Made by a program: the position numbers and the translations under genes
Shown: positions 55,476 through 64,000 of the stretch, in pieces
Numbering within the stretch: position 1 is the stretch's first letter
Layout of the letters: each line of letters starts with the position of its first letter
Assembly: GCA_963422735.1 (NCBI GenBank)
Contig: OY730476.1
Span: forward strand, 2,368,001-2,432,000
Reading direction: 5' to 3'
Length of the DNA stretch: 64,000 nt
Source of the DNA: Candidatus Latescibacterota bacterium
GTDB lineage: Bacteria > Latescibacterota > UBA2968 > UBA8231
The notes under the pieces: generated by a model
What the model was told of the DNA's origin: nothing
The model's input: the letters and a program-made list of their open reading frames with translations, nothing else
Database searches by the model: none

Positions 55476-55803
55476 GCACACCCTCCGCGCCTGCCAGCGA
55501 GCGGTGGACGAGTGGATCGCCGACGTCGGCGTGCGCTACTTCTCCGAGCTGACCAATACGGCCGTGCTGATGGAGGAAGTTGGCGAATTGGCGCGGATCA
55601 TGGCCCGCACCTTTGGGGAGCAGAGCTTTAAGGAGGGCGAAAAAGCCGACCTCGGCATGGAGATGGCCGACGTACTCTTCGTCCTCATATGCCTCGCCAA
55701 TCAGACTGGGGTTGACTTGGAGGAATCCTTCCAGCGCGCGTTGGCCAAGAAGACCCAACGCGACCGCAGGCGTCACGCGGAAAATCTCAAACTCCAATCG
55801 TGA
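55456..55803 (+). CDS. MazG-like nucleotide pyrophosphohydrolase (YpjD type)
   Basis: YFSELTN..LMEEVGELAR, EMADVLFVLICLANQTG. Confidence 0.9.
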   Translation: MSQPAPEHTLRACQRAVDEWIADVGVRYFSELTNTAVLMEEVGELARIMARTFGEQSFKEGEKADLGMEMADVLFVLICLANQTGVDLEESFQRALAKKTQRDRRRHAENLKLQS

Positions 55804-57119
55804 GGTTCTACGGCCTCTATCTCGCGGCTGTGCTGCTAGCCGGGGCCGGGTGCGAGCCACAACAGCGTCCCACCGTTCCCATCCCCATAGGTCCACTCGT
55901 CGTGGGCGCGTGGCTGCCGGCCGGGCTGGACACCTATCGGTTCAGCACCGAGGATCGGCAGCAGCTCGTCGAACTGGGCCTGAATCAAATAGAGTGGTTG
56001 CAGCGGGCCGAGGTGGAGGGAAAAACGGCCGAAGAGTGGGCCATGGCCTTTTGCAATGCACGCGGCGTACAGATGCCGGTCTTTTACGAGCCGCGCGGCT
56101 TGACGCCCTATGACAAGCTGCAACACTGGGCCACGCGCTCCCCGGTGGGCGCGGGTTTTGCCGACTCGCTATCGCTACGAGTGCAAGCACTGGCCGCGCA
56201 GTGGGAGGACGCGGCCGGGTTGCAGGGTTATCTGGTGGGGCACGAGGATTATCAGCAGAAGTACTACGACGCGCTCGCCGAGGTCGTGTCAGCACTCGGG
56301 CGCGTGGACTCTCTGCGGCCGGTCCTTACCGTGGGGCGGCTCGACCACTACGAGGACAGCCGAGCCTTTACCGACGCGTTTTTCCAAAGGAGCGGGCCAC
56401 CCAATATCTTCCAACACGAGCACTACGTATTTAGAAATAATGCGCCGAGCGCGGGCGCGGGCTTACAGCACCGGCTCAGCGCATTGCTCGCCGGATACGA
56501 CCAAGTCGCCGCGCACCTGCGCGGGCACTGGGGGCGCTGGCACGCCATCGTGCAAGTACACGGCGAGACGAGAGGCGAGAAGCCGTACTACCGCAAGCCC
56601 GCGCCCGCGGAGATTTCCGTACAGGTGGGGTTGGCACTGACGCGGGGGGCGTCTGGCATCGTTTATTTTCTCTACAGTTCGGGCATCGAAAAGGTGCATA
56701 ATGCCCGAGGCGAGCTAGTCCAAGTGCAAGAGTACGAGGGGTTGGTGGATAGGGATGGGGATCCTACGGCGAGCTATGCGGCCGTGCAAAAGATCAACGC
56801 GCAGCTACGCGCACTGAGTCCGGTGCTCGCGGGCCTGTACTTTCACGGGGCGACCAGTGCGCATCCCCTCGCTGCAAACGAACTAATCGCCATGGCGGAT
56901 GCGGACTTGGAATTCGGTTTTTTTGGCAACCGCCAGCAGCAGACGCACGTGTTGATAGCCAATCGGTGGACTTGGAAACGGCGGCGAGTGGTACTAGGCG
57001 TGAAGAAGGATGCGGCCCGCGATGCAGCGACCGGCGCGGCCTTGGTGATCGAGGATCAAACCGTGGCCGTGGAATTGGCGGCGGGCGGATTTAGGTTGTT
57101 GGCCGTGGGGGATGGCTGA
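55800..57119 (+). CDS. Lipoprotein, possible glycoside-hydrolase-like TIM barrel
   Basis: Lipobox AGAGC; GYLVGHE; ALTRGASGIVYFLY; C-terminal beta domain. Confidence 0.6.
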   Translation: MRFYGLYLAAVLLAGAGCEPQQRPTVPIPIGPLVVGAWLPAGLDTYRFSTEDRQQLVELGLNQIEWLQRAEVEGKTAEEWAMAFCNARGVQMPVFYEPRGLTPYDKLQHWATRSPVGAGFADSLSLRVQALAAQWEDAAGLQGYLVGHEDYQQKYYDALAEVVSALGRVDSLRPVLTVGRLDHYEDSRAFTDAFFQRSGPPNIFQHEHYVFRNNAPSAGAGLQHRLSALLAGYDQVAAHLRGHWGRWHAIVQVHGETRGEKPYYRKPAPAEISVQVGLALTRGASGIVYFLYSSGIEKVHNARGELVQVQEYEGLVDRDGDPTASYAAVQKINAQLRALSPVLAGLYFHGATSAHPLAANELIAMADADLEFGFFGNRQQQTHVLIANRWTWKRRRVVLGVKKDAARDAATGAALVIEDQTVAVELAAGGFRLLAVGDG

Positions 57120-57233
57120 CGAACGCGTCATGTGGCTTCTCCCCTCCAGCGAACAGCCGGCAAGTTGTGCTGCACACGGCATCCGCTTACTTTGGCGCAA
57201 ATTTCTACATCCTCTTTTGCAAAAGGTCGGCCC

Positions 57234-57896
57234 ATGAGTTCTCGCAACGGTTTTATCGAAGCGCATATTTACGATTACATCCTCGCCAACTCGCTGCGCG
57301 ACCGAGACGAACTCAAGCGGTTGCGGCAGGAGACTAGGGCCATGCCCATGGGCGGGATGCAGATCTCGCCCGATCAGGGGCAGTTCATGGGGCTGCTCGT
57401 CGAACTGATCGACGCCAAGCGGATCGTCGAGGTGGGGACCTTTACTGGCTACAGCAGCACCGTGCTGGCGCTGGCTTTGCCAGCGGACGGGCATCTAATC
57501 GCCTGCGACGTCAGCGACGAGTTTACCCGCATTGCCCGGCGTTATTGGCAAGAAGCCGGCGTGGCCGACAAGATCGAATTGCGGTTGGGACCAGCCATAG
57601 CAACCCTCGACGGAATGCTCGCGACCGGGGAAGCCGGTCGCTTCGACATGGCCTTTATAGATGCGGACAAAGAAAATTACGACGCCTATTACGAGCGCTG
57701 CCTGCGGCTCTTGCGCCCGGGCGGCTTGATCCTAATCGACAACGTGCTGTGGGGCGGGCGGCCCGCCGATGCCAACGAGCAGGCCGAGAGCACCGTGGCA
57801 ATCCGAGCACTCAACGCCAAAATCCGCACCGACGAGCGGGTGACCGCATCTCTGCTGTCGATTGGCGACGGGTTGACGCTGGCGCGGAAGCGGTGA
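57234..57896 (+). CDS. Class I SAM-dependent O-methyltransferase (CCoAOMT-like)
   Basis: MQISPDQG, EVGTFTGYS, FDMAFIDADK, DNVLWGG. Confidence 0.92.
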   Translation: MSSRNGFIEAHIYDYILANSLRDRDELKRLRQETRAMPMGGMQISPDQGQFMGLLVELIDAKRIVEVGTFTGYSSTVLALALPADGHLIACDVSDEFTRIARRYWQEAGVADKIELRLGPAIATLDGMLATGEAGRFDMAFIDADKENYDAYYERCLRLLRPGGLILIDNVLWGGRPADANEQAESTVAIRALNAKIRTDERVTASLLSIGDGLTLARKR

Positions 57897-57904
57897 TCTG
57901 TGCA

Positions 57905-58720
57905 ATGCGCTCCAGTTTTCCCACCGCAATCTACAACGTCCCCACCAGCCAATCGGTAGCCAGTACCTTCTCTTCGATTGACACCGCCGTGCCGACCCCC
58001 GGTGTCGGCTTCTTCACGCCCTCGCAGGGCTTTCGCTCCGACGGTACGCCTCGCGGCCGTTCGACACCACGCCGGCCTTCGATGTCTCCATCGGCTCGGA
58101 CTCAGAACCTGCGGTCAACTGGGGCGGCAACGACTTGTTCGAGCAAGTCATCGCCAACGTGAGTGCCAACTTCGATCCCGTCGTCCGCATCGACTTCCCG
58201 CGCCAATACATGCGCTTTTTTCGCTGGCACCGGCAAACGTTGCTGGCCGACGAGGAAGCACTCAACATCTGCGCCGACTGTGGTGGCCAAGGCAACCAAG
58301 CCATCGCGCTCAAAGGCTCAATCGGAGGATTTGAGATCTTCGGCCAAGGCATACCACAGCGCATCGTTTATCTCAGCCAAGTCGCGAATTTTGGCCGCCT
58401 GCACTGGGCGGGCACACCGCTGCGCTTAGTCAATGGTACGGTCGTCGCAGATCCCGACGCCCCAGTCTCGCTCCAGGCCAAAGTCCGCGTCGGCCACGAT
58501 GACAGCCCGGCGACCTACCACGGATACATCAACATCGGCCGCGGAGGTCTCATGCGAACACTACGAGACGCTCACAGCCCACCTTACCCGCTCGCACAGC
58601 GCAAACGTGCCGGGCGGGAGCTGGGAAGCCGGCAGCAACGCGGCCGCGGCCGGGCGAATCATGGACGGCAACCGCGAGACCTTCGGATGCACCACCCAAG
58701 GCAACCTCGGTTGACCTAGG
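57905..58720 (+). pseudogene. Collapsed relic of a paralogous copy of the downstream gene pair
   Basis: GFFTPSQGFRSDGTP, NFDPVVRIDFPRQYMRFFR and NFGRLHW match the 58841 protein; GGSWEAGSNAAAAGRIMDGNRETF matches the 60886 protein N-terminus; several frameshifts. Confidence 0.8.
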
Positions 58721-58840
58721 GGCTGACGCTGGCGACGATACGGCACTGTGCATCATTGCCGTGGAGTACTGATATTGCTCTGATAGGATAATTGCTTACG
58801 GCGCGTTATATTAGCCCATGCCCGTGGAAGGAAAGCCGTC

Positions 58841-60874
58841 ATGCGCCGTGCCATAATCATCCTATTCATCCTAATTTTAGCGCAAAGTGCCACCGCCCAG
58901 ATCGCCCACTGGCAGCTAGGCGGTAGTGGCCTGTCTTGGAGCGAAAACGACACGACCCGCCTCTTCGTCGATTTTGCAACTACCCCCGGTGCCATCCAGC
59001 CGACGCACTTCACGCTGGATGAGACGGTTTTTTCCCACATCGACAATTGGACCTTCTGGCGCGACCCCAGCGACCGCGTCTTAGATTACCTAGACGGCGA
59101 AACTCCCCGGATGTGGAAGTGGAACCACGGCGTGCCCGACCCGTCGGAAAACGGCTCTTGGCTCATTGATGGCAACTCTATCACCTATAATCCGCCCAAA
59201 GCCGACCGCATTGAAAAGGAAACCTTCACCATGGATTTGGCCGTTTTGGTGCCGGCGGTGGCCTTCGGCTTTATCCCGCCTAGCGAGGGCTTTCGCTCCG
59301 ACGGAACCCCGCTGGCAACGGACTTCGTTCCCGCCTTTCAGGTGACCGCCTCGGTCGCGCCCGAACCCCCAGTCCTCGAAGGCAATGTCAACCCGCTCTC
59401 CACTGTCATCGCCGACATCAACTCCAATTTCGAACCCAGTGTGCGCATCGACTTCGCCCGTCAGTACCTGCGCTTCTTCCGCTACCGCCGGACGCTCTCG
59501 CTACTAGACGAGGACGCCCAAGCCAAGAGCGGCAACGTAGCCATCGCCCTGATCGGCTCTATCAGCGAATTCCAGCTCTTTGCCCAAGGGGTGCCACAGC
59601 GGGCCATCTACAAGACCAAGGTAATCCACCTCGGCGAACCCGTGAACTTTGGACGGCTATTCTGGCAGGCCACGAAGTTCCGCATGGTTGATGGGATCCC
59701 GGTGGAAACTCCCGACGCGACGGCCCAAGTCAAGGTCGAGGTGCGCACCGGCCTAGACGACGACCCGGCGGTCTATCACGAGTACATGGACACCGGGCTC
59801 GAACGCGTGGTCTCGCGCGATCACTACGAAAACGCACTGCGCACTCGTTTCGTGCGCATCACCGCCGCGTCCGACCTGAGCGAACGCCAGCCCAAGCCGG
59901 GAGTTCGCGCGTCCATCGGCTACGATTCAGACCATTGGACTTTCTGGTCGGCACCCTTCGTTGAATCGGGCCAACCGATCAACCTGCGCAACGGCACCTA
60001 TTTGCAGTTCCGCGTCACCATGGAGAGCGATTCCTTCGACGACTTCGTGCGCCTCGACTCGTTGTGGATCGAGACCGCCCCGCTGTTGGCCGCCAACGTG
60101 CGCGGCGAGGTGGCCCCCCGATACGACCTGCAGCCCGTCGGCGGGATTACCCAGGTCCCCCTCGGCGAAGCAATAGAATTCGTCTATGACCTCCAAGCCG
60201 ACTTTGAGGCGGTTGATGCACCCGGCTTCGACCTGTTGCGCATTCGCACCGGGCATCAAACCGAACTCAAAAGCCTGCAACTAGGCGAGGCCCGCACGGA
60301 AACTGCGCCCGCCGCGGTCATCCAAGAGCCCGAGGGCCTGCTCATCCACCTGCCCGATCGCATCACTCGCGCCAACAACCCGCCGATCCGCATCGTCTTT
60401 GGGACGGAGATATTTGAATTCGCTACCACCTTCCAGAGCGAGGTCCTAGACAGCGAACGAGACGTTCTTCCTCAACCTGTAGTCGGTGCCGATATCGGCG
60501 AAGCCATCTCGACCAACAGCCTGCGCGTACTCGGCACCACCGAGCAAAAAACCGCCTTCATCCAGAACCTAACCTTTTCCTCTCGGGTCTTTTCGCCCAA
60601 CGGCGACGGCATCAACGACGAACTGCACGTGGCCTATTCGCTATTTCGCTTGCCCGAAGCCGTGCCCGTCGTCCTCGTCGTCTATAGCCTCAATGGCCGG
60701 CGCGTGGCCCTCGTCGAGGCCGGCTTGCAGAACGCTGGGCCGCAGAGCCTGCGCTGGGACGGCCGCGATGAAACGGGTCGGCGGCTGCCGCCCGGCCTCT
60801 ACCTGACGGCCTTAGACCTGCGCTCGGAATTTGCCACTGATCCCCAGCTCCGTCCTTTGGGCATCGCGTACTAA
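58841..60874 (+). CDS. Secreted protein with FlgD-Ig / gliding-motility-type C-terminal domain
   Basis: Signal peptide; C-terminal FSPNGDGINDEL...YSLNGRRV...WDGRDETG..LPPGLY...IAY. Confidence 0.8.
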   Translation: MRRAIIILFILILAQSATAQIAHWQLGGSGLSWSENDTTRLFVDFATTPGAIQPTHFTLDETVFSHIDNWTFWRDPSDRVLDYLDGETPRMWKWNHGVPDPSENGSWLIDGNSITYNPPKADRIEKETFTMDLAVLVPAVAFGFIPPSEGFRSDGTPLATDFVPAFQVTASVAPEPPVLEGNVNPLSTVIADINSNFEPSVRIDFARQYLRFFRYRRTLSLLDEDAQAKSGNVAIALIGSISEFQLFAQGVPQRAIYKTKVIHLGEPVNFGRLFWQATKFRMVDGIPVETPDATAQVKVEVRTGLDDDPAVYHEYMDTGLERVVSRDHYENALRTRFVRITAASDLSERQPKPGVRASIGYDSDHWTFWSAPFVESGQPINLRNGTYLQFRVTMESDSFDDFVRLDSLWIETAPLLAANVRGEVAPRYDLQPVGGITQVPLGEAIEFVYDLQADFEAVDAPGFDLLRIRTGHQTELKSLQLGEARTETAPAAVIQEPEGLLIHLPDRITRANNPPIRIVFGTEIFEFATTFQSEVLDSERDVLPQPVVGADIGEAISTNSLRVLGTTEQKTAFIQNLTFSSRVFSPNGDGINDELHVAYSLFRLPEAVPVVLVVYSLNGRRVALVEAGLQNAGPQSLRWDGRDETGRRLPPGLYLTALDLRSEFATDPQLRPLGIAY

Positions 60875-60885
60875 GTGAGGATCCA

Positions 60886-63237
60886 ATGAGACGCGCAATC
60901 ATCGCCTGTCTCGCACTGGCCGCCCCGCTCGCAGCGGATATGCTCTCCTTCGACGGTGCCGAGGAATGGGCCCAGTGGCAACAGCCCTTAGGCTTGATCC
61001 AAATCGGAGAGCAGGGCCAGCTCACGCTCGTCAAATTCCGCAAGGACATCAACCTCGTCGAGGATGCACACCGCTTCACCCACGAGACCCGTACCAGAGG
61101 CGACGCCGTCGCCGGTGGTCTCTGGCAAGCCGGCTCCAACCCGGACGACGCTCCGCTGGCCATCGACGGCGATCCAACGACCTATTGGCAACCTAGTCCG
61201 GACGACGCCCGCGAGGACTGGTTTATCACCATCGACTTAGGCCGCGCGGCCCTCGCCCGCGAGATTCGCCTGAAATTCCCCGACCAAGAGGGTGTGCGCC
61301 CATTCCGCCAATTTCGCGTCTTCACCACCTCTGGCGTACGCATCTCGGCCACTGAAGATCTCTTCCTCTACCGCCAAGTTTTCCGCACCACGCGCCCCAA
61401 CGCCGAATCCGAAATCGCCATCCCGCTCCGCTACGCCGGTCGCGACAGCGCACTCGTAATTGACCCTGACTTGGATTTAACGCCTGAAGAGCGCAATCAC
61501 TACCGGTTGATCCAGTACATCCAGATCGTTTCCGAAGAGCAAAATGAAAACGCCGCCCTCGCCGAGGTCGAGGTCTTCGGCATTGGCGACAACATTGCCA
61601 TCGGCACCAGCCAGCGCGGCAATTTTGTCGAAGGCGATGGCACCGGCTCTACCTTCAACCTATTCGACGCCAACCTCAATACCAACAATACCGTTACCGA
61701 TTGCCGCGGCGCGCTGTCGGAATGGGCCGAAGGCGGCACGTGGTTCCGCGCGGACCTAGGCGCGACATTCTTTATCGACGAGATGTTCATCTACTCCATG
61801 CAGCCAGACGAAGGCACATTGGGTTTCACCATCTCTGGCACTGGGCCGGGGCACACCCTCCTTTTTTCCGACGGCACTCCGGCCACGGGCACTGCCCCCA
61901 TCGTCGAAGTGCCCGAAAACGTCGACTACGCAGCAGTCTTCACTCACCTAGCCCCCAACGCCGACAACTTGCTTTACATGCGCTACCTGTTCGAGCCGCG
62001 CAAGGCCCGCTACCTGTTCTGGCACGGAGTTAGCTGCAGGGGATGGGGCATTGTCAAATGGGGCGAGATGCAACTGTTCTCTCCGGGTTATCCGGCCCAA
62101 GTCGAGTTGCAGTCGGCCTTTATCAACCTCGGCGAGGAAGTCGGCGATGGGCGGCCCAAAGTCATCAAGGCTCTGCACTGGGATGCCGAGCTGCCTCCGG
62201 GGACCAGAATGCAACTGCGCTCGCGCTCGGGCAACGCGCTGGCACCGGCCTATACGTTTCGCAATAAGCTCGGCGAAGAAATCACCGAAGAAAAATGGAA
62301 GAGTTCCCCCAAAGTGCTGCGCGGCGCTATCGACACTGCGCTGGTCGTCGGCGAGGATTGGGACGCTTGGAGCAATGTGTACCAGTTTTCCGGTGAGACC
62401 TTCAAATCGGCCAGCCCCCGCCGCTTCATATTGCTGGAGATGATCCTCTCCACCGAAGATCCATCTATCGCCCCGACCATCAACTCGGTCTCAGTCGAAT
62501 TCGAAAACGCCTTAGTTCAAGGCGCGCGCGGCCGTGTTACCCCCCGCGAGGCCCTTCCCAACCAAGACACGCGTTTTACCTACACTCTCTGGCCCGAGGC
62601 CGATGAACTCGACAGCGGCTTCGACCGCCTGCGCTTTACAGTACCCGAACCTGTTGACCTACAGAGCGTCTCGGTGATGGTAGGCGCAGAAAGTGTCGTT
62701 CCGGCCGCCTTGGACATGCAGGCCGACTCGCTTTTCATCGCGTTGCCGCAGGTGATCTCCGGCGACTCGCTGCAAGTGATCTTCACCACCCGCCTGCTGC
62801 AAAATGCCACCGTCTTTGCCCTCGACTTAGGATTGAGCCAATCGCCAAGCCTGTGGCAGTCGGTCGAGGCAGCCGAGCGCCGCTCCAATATCGTCATGCT
62901 GCCCGAACTAACCAGTAGCAGCCAACTCATCAACGACCTGCAACTAGCCTCTCCGACTGTAACCCCCAACGGCGACGGCATCAACGACCGGCTGGAGGTG
63001 CGATTCGTCGCCTTCAAAGTCGAGGGCACGGAGCCGAGGGTAGAAGTCTTTGACTTGGCCGGGCGCCAAGCAGCACTCCTCACCCCAAGCACCGAGGGCT
63101 CGCAACGCCTCTTCACTTGGGACGGCCGCGACGCCGACGGAGCGCGCGCCACCCCCGGCCTGTACGTCCTGCGCGTCAAACTGGGTGCCGATGCAGGCAA
63201 TGATACCGCGCTCCGCATCATCGCCATAGCCTACTAA
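60886..63237 (+). CDS. Secreted discoidin-like domain protein with FlgD-Ig / gliding-motility-type C-terminal domain
   Basis: Signal peptide; AIDGDPTTYW...ITIDLG; C-terminal TPNGDGINDRL...FDLAGR...WDGRD...PGLY...IAY. Confidence 0.8.
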   Translation: MRRAIIACLALAAPLAADMLSFDGAEEWAQWQQPLGLIQIGEQGQLTLVKFRKDINLVEDAHRFTHETRTRGDAVAGGLWQAGSNPDDAPLAIDGDPTTYWQPSPDDAREDWFITIDLGRAALAREIRLKFPDQEGVRPFRQFRVFTTSGVRISATEDLFLYRQVFRTTRPNAESEIAIPLRYAGRDSALVIDPDLDLTPEERNHYRLIQYIQIVSEEQNENAALAEVEVFGIGDNIAIGTSQRGNFVEGDGTGSTFNLFDANLNTNNTVTDCRGALSEWAEGGTWFRADLGATFFIDEMFIYSMQPDEGTLGFTISGTGPGHTLLFSDGTPATGTAPIVEVPENVDYAAVFTHLAPNADNLLYMRYLFEPRKARYLFWHGVSCRGWGIVKWGEMQLFSPGYPAQVELQSAFINLGEEVGDGRPKVIKALHWDAELPPGTRMQLRSRSGNALAPAYTFRNKLGEEITEEKWKSSPKVLRGAIDTALVVGEDWDAWSNVYQFSGETFKSASPRRFILLEMILSTEDPSIAPTINSVSVEFENALVQGARGRVTPREALPNQDTRFTYTLWPEADELDSGFDRLRFTVPEPVDLQSVSVMVGAESVVPAALDMQADSLFIALPQVISGDSLQVIFTTRLLQNATVFALDLGLSQSPSLWQSVEAAERRSNIVMLPELTSSSQLINDLQLASPTVTPNGDGINDRLEVRFVAFKVEGTEPRVEVFDLAGRQAALLTPSTEGSQRLFTWDGRDADGARATPGLYVLRVKLGADAGNDTALRIIAIAY

Positions 63238-63241
63238 CAAA

Positions 63242-64000
63242 ATGACCGAACAAGCCTACGACCTGTTGGTTCGCGCCCCGCGCCTTTTTTGCGAGGATAG
63301 CGGCCTAGATGGCCCCGGCGCAGTGGCCATTCGCGGCGACCGCATTGTCGCCTCCGGTCCCGGCGTCGAGGGACCAGCCTACACCGTGCTCGACTTTCCC
63401 GACGGGCTCCTCCTCCCCGGCCTAGTCGATCTGCACACCCATCCGGCCCGCGGCCAATCGCGCTTTGGCATAGACCCGGACATTCACTTTTTGCCGCGCG
63501 GCGTCACCACTGTCATGTCCCAAGGCGATGCCGGGGCCTTGAACATAGACGATTACCGCCGCACCGTGATCGAGGCATCGCGCACCCGCGTGCTCTTGGC
63601 CATCAATCTGTGCAAACACGGCGAGACGCATCCGGTGTGCTGCTTCAACGACTTGGCCGACGCCGATGCCCAAGCCTGCGCCGACGTCATCGCCACGGAC
63701 GACCGCAGCATTTGGGGTATTGCCGTCACCGGTGGAGCCTGCGCCGATCTCGACCCACGCCCCATTATGGCCGCCGGACTAGAGGCTGCGGAATTGAGCA
63801 GCAAACCGCTGCTGGTAGGCACTCGCCTCAAACCCGACTGGCCCCGCCGCGAACAACTCGCCCTGTTGCGCCCCGGCGATGTGGTGACTTACTCCCTCAA
63901 TGCTCTGCCCGAAAACCTGATGGACGGAGACCGCATTGCCGACGATGTATGGCAGGCCTGCCAGCGCGGTGTCCTCTTCGACTTGGGACACGGCATGAAC
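63242..64000 (+). CDS. Amidohydrolase/deacetylase family metallohydrolase (runs off the window end)
   Basis: Read manually from ATG at 63242: PGLVDLHTH, RGVTTVMSQGDAG, LRPGDVVT, GVLFDLGHG. Confidence 0.85.
   Translation, partial: MTEQAYDLLVRAPRLFCEDSGLDGPGAVAIRGDRIVASGPGVEGPAYTVLDFPDGLLLPGLVDLHTHPARGQSRFGIDPDIHFLPRGVTTVMSQGDAGALNIDDYRRTVIEASRTRVLLAINLCKHGETHPVCCFNDLADADAQACADVIATDDRSIWGIAVTGGACADLDPRPIMAAGLEAAELSSKPLLVGTRLKPDWPRREQLALLRPGDVVTYSLNALPENLMDGDRIADDVWQACQRGVLFDLGHGMN

Overview
GC-rich (~60-65% by eye) bacterial chromosomal segment. Gene content (SprA-like barrel, FlgD-Ig/gliding-type C-terminal domains, LptFG, sulfatase, PhyH dioxygenases) suggests a non-Bacteroidota FCB-group organism such as Latescibacterota or Gemmatimonadota-like; this is inference. 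Most genes are intact housekeeping, envelope or catabolic genes (dgcAN, fbaB, def, larE, selA, lptFG, coaD, dprA, feoAB, anmK, murA), plus tRNA-Asp(GTC) and tRNA-Phe(GAA). Main points of interest: (1) a tightly coupled sprA-comEA-pilM-like-pilN/O-like fusion-coaD-dprA operon with no secretin, linking a T9SS-type translocon to DNA-uptake genes; (2) several putative secretion substrates with C-terminal sorting domains, including a tandem gene pair and a collapsed relic of a second copy; (3) a decaying defence/TA island at ~4.1-11.2 kb; (4) an ATP-grasp/LarE/def operon; (5) nested palindromic repeat elements around feoAB. No CRISPR array, rRNA, integrase or intact transposase was seen. All calls come from reading motifs by eye; no database searches were run.
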